Source of the DNA: Geosiphon pyriformis uo1
Taxonomy: Eukaryota > Fungi > Glomeromycota
NCBI GenBank assembly: GCA_016748015.1
Contig: JAAOMT010000503.1
Coordinates: 459,669 to 523,668 of the forward strand
Length of the DNA stretch: 64,000 nucleotides
Direction: 5' to 3'
The notes beneath the pieces were generated by a model. The model made no database searches and was not told where the DNA came from. It worked only from the letters and a program-made list of their open reading frames with translations. Of this stretch, positions 14,108-27,500 are shown piece by piece (position 1 is the first letter of the stretch; each line of letters begins with the position of its first letter). The position numbers were made by a program, and so were the translations under genes.

Positions 14108-16180
14108 GTTTTGTTTTATTTTACTTTTCACAATTTACAAGACACCAACTTTTTTGTTGTGAATTTAATAACTGCTTTTAACAGTATTATGACAAAGAAA
14201 AAAGTGGTAAAAGAGACTATTTATGGTCTTACAAATGGTATCTTTATACAAAAACCAAAGTTTTTGAAAATATCAAATACTTAGAAAATAAAACGAATTT
14301 ATCAATAAAAATACCTTTAAGTAATGCTGACTTTAAATAATTTAAGATCATAAAAACAGACTTAACAAAAGAAATAATAAGCTTTTTAGCAACTAATAAT
14401 AGATATAATAAAGATGGTAAAGATAAAAGTCTTTTAAACTTTCAAACAAATACTTTTAAAGTTAAAAGATTTAATCTTAACAAAATAAATAGTTTTTTTG
14501 GGAGGTTTCTGAATTATAATATAAATAATAATAAAATTATTTTTCTTTTATACAATTTTATTAATTTAAAAAAAAAATAAATTGATTTAAAAATAATTGA
14601 AAAAAAATGTAATTATTTATAACAGTAAAAAAAAACATTATAACAAAAATACTGATTATTAAAAAGTTGTTTTTAAAAATTAATAGATTTAGAAAAGCCA
14701 ATATTTTTTTAAAATTTAAGAAAATTATCTAATTAATTTTTACTTTTAAAAAAACATGAACAAAATTATAACTGGTTACTAAAAAAAATTACAATTTAAA
14801 AAATTTGTTTAAATTAAACTGTTGTTATAAGAATGTTTTCTTGGTATATTTTAATTGTTAATATTTTGTTTTAATTGCAATCAGTCTTTTGTGAGTTTTT
14901 TGATTTTATGTATTGAATATTAATGATAATGTACTAAAAGTTTTCTCTTGATGTTGTAATGTAAGTCTTTTCTTTAATTCTAGTTGTTTTTATATGTTGT
15001 GTATTCTTTTCCAGAGGCTAATCTGAAATCTACCCACTGTCTGGAGTCTTCTCTAAGGCTATCCTTGCAATTGCCTAATGTGTTTTTCTAATCTAAAAAC
15101 ACAGAATGTTAATGGCTTTTTTACAATTTCCTTAAGTATATAATAAAGCTTTTTTAATTTAATTAGTAATCATGTAAATAATCTTGATCAGAGATTATTC
15201 TTCCAAAGAGTTCAAAGATGGAATGATAATTTTATTTGCTAGAGAGGATATGTGAATTTTATTGTTAATTTCATAATTGTAATATTCATTTAATTTATTA
15301 TTTTTATTAATTTTTTTTGAATAAGATTTTATTTAAATATTTGTTGTTTTAAATTGAAGCTATTCTATTTTTCATTATTAAAAACTATTGTATATATATA
15401 TAATTATTAGTTTACAAAATAACGTCTTGTAATACTCTATTTCTATTATTTCTAAATAGTACTTATTACTATTGTGAAATAGTGCTTACTGTTTTTGCAC
15501 AATAGTGCTTGCTGCTATTGTACAGTAGTGTTTGCTGTTATTTGTAAATTATTTCTTTTTATAAATTGTTGCTGTGCTATTTTATAATTGGCTAATTTAT
15601 ATTATTTATAATTCCTATTAAATTCTTAAACTGTAACACTGTAATTGTTAAAGAAATTTTTATGAATTTATTTAAAAAAATAATTGTTTAGTCTTGTTTG
15701 TATTTGAAATAATAATATTAATATAATTACAACTTATTAAGTTATAGTAAAAAACTGTAATTAAATTTGCTAAATTAAATTAAACTAATTAATTGGTATT
15801 CAAATAATTAATTTTAATTAAAAAATTTAATTATCAAAAAATTGTTTTAAAGCTTTGTTATTTATTTATTTTATAAATATAATTATACATAATTTTTTAA
15901 AAAAACCTAATAAAAAACTTGTAATTATTAATTGCTTATTTGTTATTAATATTAGAATTAAATATGAAAATATGCATAATATTAAAATAAAAAAAAACTT
16001 TTTGTCTTCTTAATTTTATAATTATAACCAAAGCAAAGAATAAAAAAACTGTAACTAATACTTTTTCTTTAATATCTTATAAAATTTTATTCAAAAAAGT
16101 TTTCTTTGTTGTAAAAGCTATTAAGCAAAAAATTTTAAAAGCTTTTTTTTATTTAGTAATTATAAAAAGCTGTCTTTGGT
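14090..16180 (+). mobile_element. Extremely decayed LINE ORF1 remnant, interrupted by a solo LTR
   Basis: Collinear similarity to the ORF1 at 21169-22066 (VKH, ..VIVKEI, QLI.L.QK.V.KFA, FKALLF segments) survives under heavy G>A and C>T decay. Confidence 0.6.
14823..15638. mobile_element. Solo LTR (family C) with 4-bp TSD CTGT
   Basis: TGTTA...TAACA termini. CTGT at 14819-14822 and 15639-15642. Homologous to 34984-35603 (ATTGCAATCAGTCTTT, CTGAAATCTACCCACTG). Confidence 0.88.
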
Positions 16181-16289
16181 AGCTATTGAAGCATTTTTTT
16201 CATTTTTGGTTAATTTTTCATCAATTAAAATTTTCTTAAAAAAATACATTTGAGTTAGTTTTAATATTGTCTTTACTTTTTTAAAGAGG

Positions 16290-18245
16290 CCAAAAATTTT
16301 TAATAACAGACTAGTCAACAATCTGATTTTTTTTTCATAGTTTTTATACCAAATGTTACTAATATTTTTTTTTCAAAAAAAATAATCAAAAATACTAAAA
16401 GTTCAAAAAAATAGAAACAATAACTTGCTTCTGTTATTATTATACTGAACTTTTTTGTGGTTTTTAATAAGATCTTAAATAAGATCTCTGTTGTATTATA
16501 TAACATATCATCTAAAATAAGCCAAGATCAACTACTGGCTATATTGCCAAATATGATGTTTTTTGGCAGATTTTTATTAGTTTTAGAAACAAAACAATTA
16601 TTTCTTATAGAGTTATCTATTTTTAAGAACTGGGCTAACCAAATGGAAACTGAATTATTCTTTTTATTGGTTTTTAGTGTTTTTACTAGTGATATTTGGG
16701 AAATTATTACTAGTTATTAAAGATTTGCTGAATAAGTAGTCTTTACTCTAATGCTTGATATTACTTTTAAGATTAAATTGGCTTATGTTAAAACTGTTTT
16801 TCAGTCTGTACATGGTTTTTTAGATGCAAAGTCAGTATTAAAAGACAATATAAAGCTTTTTTATATGAAATTTGCTTCTTAAGAGTCTTTAAAAGCTGTT
16901 TTTTTATTAAGTTTACAAGTTCTGTTCATTTAATTACTCTTAAAATTGTCAAATCTTTGGTAATTTCTAAGTTTAGTTCTTTTTTTGCTGTTGTTATACT
17001 GTATAATATGTCTTTGGATATGTCTATTTTTAATATTAAAACAGCTCTTAATGTGTTTGATAAGGTTGTCTATATAGTATTAAATTCTGTTGGTGTTTAG
17101 TAATATGTGGTTGTTTATTTTAAGAAACTAGATTCTGTTGTATTTATTTTAAATTATTGATTAATTTTGGTAGATAAAAATAGTATTAAGATCTTTTTTT
17201 TGGTAAATTAAAATAAGACTATTATATTTTATAATAAGTTTAAGACTAAATTGGTCAATCTTTTCTTTAGTTATACTGTTTTTAAAATTAGTGATATAAT
17301 TTCTTAAATTGGTAATTAAACATGTTTTATTTTTTGTTTTTTTAATTTTGGTCATTGTTCTCAATTTGTTTGGATCTCAAGTAAATTTAAATACTATTGT
17401 AAACAAAATTGGTATGCTAAAAAAGTACTATATCTGATAAAAAACTTCTGGCTATTAGCACTGTTTTAGATGTTAAAAAGTGGTCATCTGGCTGTGGATT
17501 ATAAAGTATCTTCAAGATATTTATACCATGTTTTATAAGTTCTAAGTTTTATGTTAAAGCTTCTGCTTTTTTAAGCTTCTTTGAATTTTCACTTCTAATA
17601 ATTTCTGCTTCTTTTTTTTGCTATTGTTGGTAACTTTTTAATGCTGTTTCAATTGTCTTTTTTGGAATCTAATCTGACCAAACTTTTTGCATTGGTTAAG
17701 TCAATTATTAAGCTTGTTGGCTTTCTGATTACTACATTTAAATAGTTTATTAATAGTAATTTGGTTTTAAATAGTATTTTTAGTCTTAAGATTAATAAAC
17801 TTATAGTTTATTTGGGTTTTTTTAGCAAAGTTGTTAATAAATTGGAGAAAAAAGTGGTTTTATTAAAAAAAAGTGCTATATAGATAATATTAACATGTTT
17901 GGTAATTCAGATTCTTCAGTTGACATTAATAATAATATATTTTCTAATTTGATGTTTTTTTAATACATAAGTTTAATAGTATTAAAACTGATTTTTTAAA
18001 GACAGCTAAATAACTGGTTGAGTTAATTTTTTGTAATATTAGATTATTTAATATAGTTTAAAAGATATTAGCTTTGAATAAGTTTACTTTTGTTATAACA
18101 ATATAGCATAGTTTGAACTGGTTTAAATAGCTGATTATATATAGAAAATACATAAACTATACTTAGTTTAAAATACTTAGTTTGTTTTAAAGTATTAGGT
18201 AATGGTTGGGCCATACTCATTAAACTTAATAAAAAAAATAAATAA
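16290..18245 (+). mobile_element. ORF1-only non-LTR retroelement (RRM-like, RRM-like, CCHC ORF1 followed directly by LINE-type 3' end), decayed
   Basis: Decayed frame reads FKIKLAYVKTVFQSVHGFL, IKTALNVFDKV, YVVVYF and CFRC..GHLAVD. The 3' hairpin is at 18170-18188 and TTGGGCCATACTCATTAAA plus A tail at 18206-18245. There is no room for ORF2. Confidence 0.7.
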
Positions 18246-18879
18246 ATATGTAATTATATGTTTTAAATTTAAGAAAATTTTGAATTAAGCTTATTGTATT
18301 ATTTTTGTTTTGGTAATATAAATTTATTTTAATTATATTAAATTTAATTTGTTATAAAAATTGTAAAAAGTTTAATTATTTTGTATTAAAGTGTGTTTTT
18401 TTTGTTTTTTTTCTTAAAGTTATATTGTATTTAAAAACTGTATTTTTAATTAATTAATACAACTTTAAAATACTAGTTTAATTGTTTTTTAGTATTTTAA
18501 TTTATTTTTGTGTTTTTAATTATTTTTTACAATAAATTTTAAATTAATTTTTGTTTAAAAATAAATAATGATTTTTTTGTTTTATAAAACATTTTTATAA
18601 TTTTTATTTTTTTTATTTATATTATAAAATAAATATATATAATTAATAATATAATGAATAAATCTAGTTATAACAATCTGTTACATGAAACAATCTCGAA
18701 AATAACTTTAATTAAAATTGAAAATTTTATTAAATTTTAAAAAAATAACATGTAATAATAATATATATTATTTATTTTTATTAAACAAATTAAAGTTGGA
18801 TCATTAATTTCACTAAAAATAAATACAATATTTAGTTATTGTAAAGTAAAAAATAAACAAATAATTAACTAAATTTTAT

Positions 18880-20156
18880 CTAATTTTAACATTTTGCACT
18901 TTTGTGTTCTAAAAGATCATATTTACTACAAGTGTATTTTGTGTATAATTTTCCATTTTTTTAGTAGCAGACTTATATTATTTAATTTCTGAATGTTTTT
19001 TACATTATGATACTAATAGATTTTTAATTTGTTCAAGCTTATTTTTTTTATTGGCATCATTAACTTGATTGTTTTTTAAGACTTGGTCTTAATTTTAAAG
19101 TGTAGACACTACTTTTTTATGTTGGCTAATAAATTGCCTTAACTATATTATTATCTTACTATGATTATTATATTCAATAGTAAGTTGAGCAGTTTGTTAT
19201 ATAAGTTTTTATAATTCACCATATTTTTGTTTTTTTTATGCTACAAAATATAAAACATTGGTAATAGTTTTAGGTACAATTAAAAAATTTGAAATTATTA
19301 TTTTGTTAGAAGAATTTTTTAAAACTTCTTAATTTACAAAGCAAAAAGCTTTAATGACTAAATTATTGTTTTTTTTTTAATTATATCTTTGCAAGAGTAT
19401 TATTTGAATGTAAAACTCCATAATTTTTGAATGTAGTATTATTTGAAAATAATAATAACAAATAATACTATAAAATATACTAGGCAAGTATAAATAAAGA
19501 TAAGAAACAGAATTAACAATTATAATAAAATATAAATGCTTGCTATTTTTTGGTTATAAGTCTGTAATTTTTTACACTTTTTTAATGTTTTTTTATCGAC
19601 TTTAACAATCATTGATTTCAATAAAATTTGTTTCATATTATACAAATTCTCAATAAAATTACTTATTATATTAAAACTGGAATCTTAAATATCAAAATAT
19701 TATTAGATAAATGACTTGAAAAAGTACATTAGAAAATAAATTTTTTTATCTTATTATAAGTATGATATTCAATAATAATTAACTTACAATAAACTATAGA
19801 TATTGTGCTATTTTTAAATGTTCTATAAATAAGATATAAAATATAAAATATTAAGTTATTTGTTTATTGACTTCAGAAAAGAGATTATGGCCAATTAATA
19901 TAATTTTCATACAAAATAAAAGTGTACAATATTTAAAAAATAATTTTATTTTGCTTTATTTTCAAGTCTTGTGTCTAATATATCAGCAAAATCACACAAA
20001 TTGTCATTTGCTAAAAGCATATATTTAATAATATTGTTAAGGCTTTTAATACAAGAGGTAATTTGAGTTCTTACAATAAATATTTTTAATATAAATACAC
20101 AGATTTATGCTTGTTGGTTGGGATAAAAAGCTTTTATTAAATAATCTTTAATATTA
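18880..20156 (-). mobile_element. MULE/MuDR (FAR1-like, SWIM zinc finger) transposase remnant, C-terminal half
   Basis: Minus-strand decayed motifs: IFIVRTQITSCIKSLNNIIK (FTAG..T.RVE..N), a SWIM-like segment, QKYGEL..L..QTAQL and a terminal knuckle KYTCSK..LLEHKSAKC. Confidence 0.7.
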
Positions 20157-20160
20157 ACAT

Positions 20161-20541
20161 TGTTATAGATAATTATTTAGAGTGTTAAAACAAATAACAA
20201 ACTTATAACTTGGTGCTTAATAGTTGTTAATGGTGGTAATTTCTGAAGATTTTGAAGTTTGAAGATTTTTGTTGAGTTCTTTGTATAATAAACAGAGATT
20301 TAATTAATGATTTTTTTCTGTAAATTTTTTTTTTCAGTATAATAACCAGTTTATTTTGACAGTCATGTTTTTTTAATAAGCTATTTTTAAGTTTTCTATT
20401 CTTGTTTTTGGTTTTTTACCAAACTATTTTTGATGTCAATAACTTAGCACTTAATATTTTTAATTAATTAATAAACAACAAAAAAAACAAAATAAAAATA
20501 AATAAATAAAATAAAATAAAAATAAAAAATTAATATTTCAT
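20161..20541 (-). mobile_element. Partial family-A-like LTR inserted in the MULE remnant
   Basis: Starts TGTTA and is homologous to 34707-34980 and 44425 onward. Left flank ACAT. Confidence 0.75.
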
Positions 20542-21010
20542 TGTTATAAATGATTATTTAAAGTATTAAAACAAATAACAAATCTGTAATTTAGTGTTTA
20601 ATAGCTGAAAATATTGGTAATTTCTAAAAGTTTTGAAGTTTAAAGATTTTAGTTGAGTTTTTTATATAATAAACAGAGATTTAGTTAATGATTTTTTCTG
20701 TAAATTTTTTTTCCAGCATAATAGCTGGTTTATTTTGGCAGTTATACTTTTTTAATAAGCTATCTTTAAGTTTTTTACTCTTGTTCCCAAGTTTTTTACC
20801 AAATTATCTTTGATGTTAATTATTTAGTGCTTAATTCCTTAATTAAGTAATAAACAACAAAGAAAACAAAATAAAAAAAATAAAAAGAAAATAAGAAAAA
20901 AAATAAAAAATTAGTATCTTATCAATAGCTGTGATCAAAAGCTATTAATCTAATATAATTAAGTATTAAATTCTATTAATATAGAATGTTAATAGTATAG
21001 AATAAATTAA
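20542..21010 (-). mobile_element. Second partial family-A-like LTR inserted into the first
   Basis: Starts TGTTA, repeats 20161-20541 and extends further along the family-A LTR. Left flank TCAT; the distal end is lost. Confidence 0.75.
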
Positions 21011-22704
21011 TATTTAAAAAAAAATTAAAAAAAAACTTCTTTCTCTCTTTTATTTCAAATTTCCAAAAAAAAGTTCAGAATTTTGAAAAAAGTTTTTTCT
21101 GTTTTAATATTGCATATTTTACTATTTTTCAAATACTAAACTCTTTTGTTGTTAAATTGGCTGTTACTATGAGTGTTTTGGTGTTAAAAAAAAGTTGGCC
21201 AGAGTTGTGGTTACAGGTTTTATTAGTAAAAGCTTGACTTAAAAGCAAAAGTTATTATATGGCAATATTAAGCATTTTGGTAATAAAACAGATCTAAGTT
21301 TTAGAAATTCAGAAAGAATCACTGGCCAATTTGCTGGTATGGAAATAGATAATAATGCTAATAGTAAAAGTAAAGCTCAGTTGAATTTTAAGATAAACAC
21401 ACCTAAAGTAAAAAAAAAGTTAACACTAGTGCTGTAGTTGGTTTTCCAATTGGCTTTTTGGTCTTTAATATAGATAATAAAGATAAAGTTTTTCTTTTTT
21501 TTTATTTTTTTATTTCTCTTAACAAAAAATGAATTGATTTTAAGATAATTAAAAACCAGATTAAAGTAACTATTAAAAAATTTTTTGTATTAGATATCAA
21601 TTTTTTAATAATGGAAGGCAAATTGGCAACTGTAAAAACTCAATTAATTAGAAAATTATTTTCAATAATTAATAGTTTTGGAAGAACACTATTCTTTCAA
21701 AATTTAAAAAAATTATTAGATTAATATTTACTTTAGAGAAAAGCATAAAAAAAGTCATATTATTGGTCAGAAAAAATAATATTATAATAAACAGTAATTT
21801 TAAAAGACAAAAAATTTGTTCAGATTGGGCTATAGTAATCAAAAAATTTTTTATAGATATGTCAAAAAAAATGATTATTATTGTAGTATTTAAGTTTAAA
21901 CAAATTAAGTTGATTAAATTGCAACTAATTAGAATATAACAAAAAACCATAGTAAAGTTTGCCAAATTAAAGCAAACAGATCAATTGGCAGTAAGATAGT
22001 TGTTTTTAATCAGAAAAGACTTAGTATGTATAGCTAAAGCCATAAAAAATTATGATATCTAGACATTGTTACTCATAAAGAAAACAGATATAGAAAAATA
22101 GTAGATCAATAAGAGAGTAGAAGTTAATACATGAGCACATTGTTCAGCAATATGGAGCAATATTAGAAAATTAGAGCACATTGCTTAGCAATATGAGTAT
22201 TGCTCAAGAAATCATAGCATATCACTCAAGAATGTGAATAATTTCATAGAACATAAATTAGGTATATATAGTAGTAGTATCAGAAGTTAGAAAATTAGAC
22301 TTCCATAGTCAGTAAGACTCTTAGAATCAATTAGACTCACAAGTTATAACTATTAAAATTTCCAAGACCTCTCAGTTTAGATTTGATCTAAGTAATTTTC
22401 TACATTACAAATATCAATAAATAATTATTTATTATCTTAATTCATTCCTTACTATCAACACTTCATATTGATAGTAATTAATACTTAACCACACTAAAAC
22501 AATAGCTTTTGATCATGGCTATTGATGAGATACTAACATTTATTGCCTTGGCTTATTTCTTTATTTTCTTTATTTTCTTTATTTTCTTTTATTTTCTTTT
22601 GTTATTTCTTTTTTGTTGTTTACTAATTGATTAAGGATTAAACACTGAATTATTAACGTTAAAAATTGCTTGGTAAAAGACCCCTGTGAGTGGGTAGAGC
22701 ACAT

Positions 22705-23677
22705 TGTTACCAGAAGTTTTTGGTCTCTTCTTAGCTCTTGTATGTTTGTTGTAATGCTGTTAATTCATGACTATGGGAAGTGTTTGAACCTCCAATAACT
22801 GAATTTATCTTTAAATTATCTTCTATAATTTGAACTGCTGGGCTTATGAATGGAATGGCCAATTCCATGCCAGTTACTTTGTATAGTTACATTGTAGTAA
22901 ACATTAACTTTTTTCCAGGAAATGCTTGTCTGGAAGCTCACTAAAATGTGTAGTTACTTTACTGTAAAAATCAACTCTTCTACAGGAATTCTTGTCTGTA
23001 GGTTACCCAAATAATTTATAATAAGAAAAAAAAAACAAATAAAAAAAATGTAAAAGAAAAGTAAGAACTAATTTATGAGAGTTGTTTCAGATCCAGACCT
23101 GGAAGTGCTTTAACAGTTTACTGAAATTGATAGCTAGTCAATTTCAAATTGTTAGTAGGAATTGGTTAATTTTCAAGGGAAATAATTAAGAATTTGGCTT
23201 TTTGAATTATTTGATATTTATTTTGTTTTTGGGTGTAAAGAATAATTCTAATTGTTAAATCTGAAGTAAGATACATTTTTTCGAAGAAAGAAGCTCTTCT
23301 TTTATACAACTTGTCATAACACTATTCTATGAACTTAAACTTTGTTCTTTTCTACAATTTTGCTGAATTAAAGCTACATTTCAGCGAACTACAAGTTATT
23401 TTTGCAAACTATTAGATATTTCGGTAAACTATCAATTATTTCTACAAATTTCTACAAATTTCAGCAAACTTGTTGAATGTTACATAGTTTGGGGTATTGC
23501 ATGATTGATCATTGCAATTAGATTACATTTGTGTTATGTACAAATTGGATTATTAATTAAATGATAATTTCGAATATTTTGTTAATGTAATAAGTAATAA
23601 TTTGAAATGCTAATTAATGATAAAAATTATAAGGGTAATTTTATGCTAAGCAATATTTCTAATTTTGTCTGATAACA
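22705..23677 (-). repeat. 3' LTR of element 1
   Basis: TGTTACCAGA...TCTGATAACA, about 94% identical to 31602-32574 by hand alignment. PPT GAGGAGGAGG on the minus strand at 23681-23690. Confidence 0.95.
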
Positions 23678-23689
23678 TAACCTCCTCCT

Positions 23690-24365
23690 CAAGACTGAGC
23701 TTCATCGAAGTCTAAGTACTGTCTGTAATTTCTAAATAATAATCCAAAATTATTGAAGAAATTTGGTCTGAAAATTGTTAAAATTTCAGTTTTGTGAGCT
23801 TTCCAATGTATTGAATCTTCAAAGGTTGTAAAATTGGGTTTTGTAGGACGTTTTCACAGGTGTAAAATAGGTCATAAAGTCTAAGAGCAGCTCTTAGTTT
23901 ATAGTGGCTGTTTGTAGGTCCAGATGTTGTCTTGAATTTGTTGTGGAGTTGTTTCTGAATAACTTCTTTTGTGAGATTTGCTGCTGTAAGCTTCAGTTTT
24001 TGTTTGTGAAGTGTTTTTTCAATGTAGAAATATATATATATTGGGGGGTATTTGCTGTTTTCTTCATTAAAACACAGTTGAAGTTTTTGTTGAATAGTAG
24101 CATTTGGTGGAATACTAATAGGGTTGAGCAATAAGTTTTTCCTTAAAGCAAGCTTCAAAAGTTCTGGTAAATGAATTCCAGAATAACTTCTTGTGTTCTT
24201 TTTATAAGGGTAATACTTTCGTGAATTTGGAGTTAGATTTGTAACTATTTCTGTTTGAATATAATTAATATGTTTTTCAGTGATAGTAATAGATAATTCG
24301 AGTATTGTTTTTAAAGCTAACATTAATTTTTGAAATAACTGTTGAATATTTTGAGGAATAGTCAT
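23690..24365 (-). pseudogene. Third ORF (ORF3) of element 1, between integrase and PPT; function unknown
   Basis: 195-aa ORF 23778..24365 continues past a probable CAA>TAA stop to the PPT. It shares motifs with the equivalent ORF of element 2. Confidence 0.7.
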
Positions 24366-24509
24366 TATAATGAAATTGGAAAAATAAAATTGAAATTATT
24401 TTTGGTATGTGGGTTTTTATGTTATTTTTGTTTTTCAGTGTGCTTTGTTTTGTTTTTGTTGTGACATTTTTTCTAAATTATAAGGGAATAATTATAGTAA
24501 AATTGAAAT

Positions 24510-27500
24510 TAAGTGTTCAAGTTGGGGAGTTGTTTAATGACAACTATTGGTTCTAAGTTTCAGGAAATATCTTCAGGATTGATTAAAAGAGAATGTGTAC
24601 CAATTTGTGGAATTAATGGTTCAGGATTGTTTCTGGAATTATAGTGTTTCAAACGATCTCTATGTACAACTTTTGCTAGGATTTTGTTATCAAGTCTTAG
24701 CTTGTATGATCTGTTGTTTAGAACTTTATGGATAAAGAAATGCCCATTCTATTTATTCTCAAATTTTCCACTCCATTGTTTTTCAGCTTTAGTTCTGTGT
24801 AAGAGAACTTTGTTTCCAACTTTAAATTCATTGGTGACTGAAGGCAATTTGTTGTCATGCCATTCTTTTTGTTGAGCTTGGGAGTGTTCAATATGAGTGG
24901 CTGCTATTTGTCGTTTTTTTTCCAACATACTAAGCAGAGTGTAGGCTCTTTGTTGAAGTGTTTCCTGGAAATTGTTTTTATCAATTGGTTGTGCTGGGTA
25001 TGTTTCCACTGTAAAACTAATTGGTAACATTGCTGTCCTTCCGTAAGTTAAATCAAATGGTGTGTGTTTTGTGGTATCTTGTTTTAGTGTTCTGTATGTT
25101 AGTAATACTAATAGAATAAAGATATCCTATTTTTGCTCAAAATCAGTTGAGACTTTGGCTAATGACTCACACAATGTTTTGTTAAAACGTTCCACAAGTC
25201 TGTTTGTCTGTGGATGGTAGGGTGAAGACAGAGGTCTTTTGACATTGAATTGTTCACAGATTTCTTGAATTAGATTGTTCACAAAATGTGTTCCTTGATT
25301 GGATAAAAGTTTAATTAGACATCCATGTCTACAGATAATGTCTTCATAGATGAAATTTGCTACTGATTTTGCATTTGCATGTTGAATGGCTCTGGCTTTG
25401 GGCCATTTAGTAAGATAGTCTATGGCTACTGCAATATAATGGTTTCCTTGGTTTGTGATAGGTAGTGATCTGACTAAATCAATACCAACTCAGTCAAAAG
25501 ACTGTCCAACTTTGATTGGGTTTAAAGGTTCTGTAGGGTGAGTTCCTCCTCTTTTTTGGCAACTATCACAAGATTTAACATATTCATGAATGTCTTTTCT
25601 CATTCAAGACCAAAAGTAATATTCTAGTGTTCTCTGGGTGGTGCTGTCTTTTCTTTGATGTGCTGATGAAGGGTCTGAGTGCATGTTGTATAAAATAGTT
25701 TCTTTTTTATGTTCTTGTATTAATCTGAGTGGACTGTCTGGATTTCTGAAGTTTTAATAATAAATAATGTTGTTGTGTAAGAAGTATTGTTTGGCTTGTT
25801 GTTGTAATCAATTTTTTTTATTTGGAGACCAATCTGTTGGGATTGTTAATGTCTCCAGATATTGTTTAAGATTGTTGTAGTTTCTGGGTTTCATTGTTTG
25901 TTGTTTTGTTGCTGTTAATTCAAATGGGTGTTGGTTTTGTTTTCTAATTTTGCCTCATTCTTAAGAGACAATCAACATTGGTGTGGAGTTTTCCTGGTTT
26001 GTGGTGTACAATGTATTGATAATTGGCTAAAAATCCTGTCTATCAGGTTTGTTTTGCATTCAGTTGGGTGTTTTTGTTCTGAAGCTATTTGAGTCCAATA
26101 TTATTAGTGATAATATCAAATTCTTTAGGCTTGAGATAAAGGTTGAAGTGGTGTAGGGCCCAAATTACAGCTGCTGTTTCTAGTTCTGTGGCAAGATAGT
26201 TTTTCTTGGCTGGTTTTAATGTTCTGCTAGTATAAGCAATTACTTACTCATTTCCGTTGTCATCTAATTGTAATAAAATGACACCAAAGGCAGTGTAAGA
26301 AGTGTTTGTAGCTAGTCAAAATCAGTTACTGAAGTCTAAGTAGGCGAGAATTGAAGCTGTTGTCAGCTTTTTTTTGAGAATTTTAAAAGCTTTTTGGTGT
26401 TTTTCCGTCCATTTGTATTCGATGTTTTTAGTAGTGAGCTGGTTAAAGGGTTTTGTGATTTCAGAGAATCCTTTGATGAATTTTCGGTAATAGGAAACTA
26501 ATCCAATAAATCCTCTCAATTCTGTGGTATTTCATGGAGTCTTGAAGTTCTTGACAGTGCTGATTTTTCCAGGGTCTGGTTTAATTCCATCTTTGCTCAC
26601 AATGTGGCCAAGAAAGACCAAACTTGTTTTTCTAAAGTAGCATTTTTCAATGTTCAGTTTCAGTTCTGCTTTCCATAATTGTTGAAAAACTTCTTGCAGA
26701 TGTGTTAAATGTAATTCAAAAAATGATGAATAAACATTAGTATCATCAAGATAGACAATTACTGATTTCCAAAGGAAGCTTTTGTAAACAACATCCATGA
26801 ATCTTTGGAATGTTGCTGGTGCATTGCATAATCCAAAAGGCATTATATTAAACTCGTAATTTCCTTCTTGAGTGGTGAATGCTGTTTTGGAGTGATCTTT
26901 GGGATCCATGGCAACTTGCCAGTATTCGCTCTCTAAATCTAATGTTGAAAAGTATTTGGACTTTCCAAGGGCATCCAACATGTCATCAATTCGGAGAAGA
27001 GGGTAGGCATCTTCAATGATAACACTGTTGAGTTGTCGATAATCAACACAAAATTGTATCTTTCCATTTTTCTTTTTAACTAGAACCACAAGTGAGGCTC
27101 ATGGACTCATTGATGATTGAATAAGCTCATTGTTAAGCATCTATTGTACTTCTTCTCTAATAAATTGGTGGCTTTTTAGAGCAACTCGGTAGGCTTGTTG
27201 TCACCTTGGTTTGGCATCTCTTGTATAGATTTGGTGTTGAACCAAATCAGTTCTTTCTAAGTCATTGTTGTTTTTGGCAAAGATATCAGCAAATTCTGCA
27301 ATTAGCTTTTTGAGCTGGTTCTGTTGTTGTGGTTCAAGTTGTCTCATGTTGATTCAAGATAGTTTTTTCATGACAACATGGTAGTTTTCAGAGCTGGGGT
27401 TTGGGTTGATTTTTGGTAGTAAATGTCCAATGATTTCCAAGAAATTGGGAACTGTTTGGGGTAGTTCTTGTTGAAAGATGTTACTGTGAATGACTCCAAT

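Noticed and set aside
13638-17364. Short ORFs rich in I, K, N, F and L in the track (13638, 16315, 17161; likewise 21669, 35306, 45036)
   Set aside because: Compositional artefacts or antisense frames of AT-decayed repeats.
24510-24760. Chromodomain at the integrase C-terminus
   Set aside because: Only a GPF/SH3-like module and a short tail are present, with no aromatic-cage or YLVKW-type motif. The same holds for element 2.
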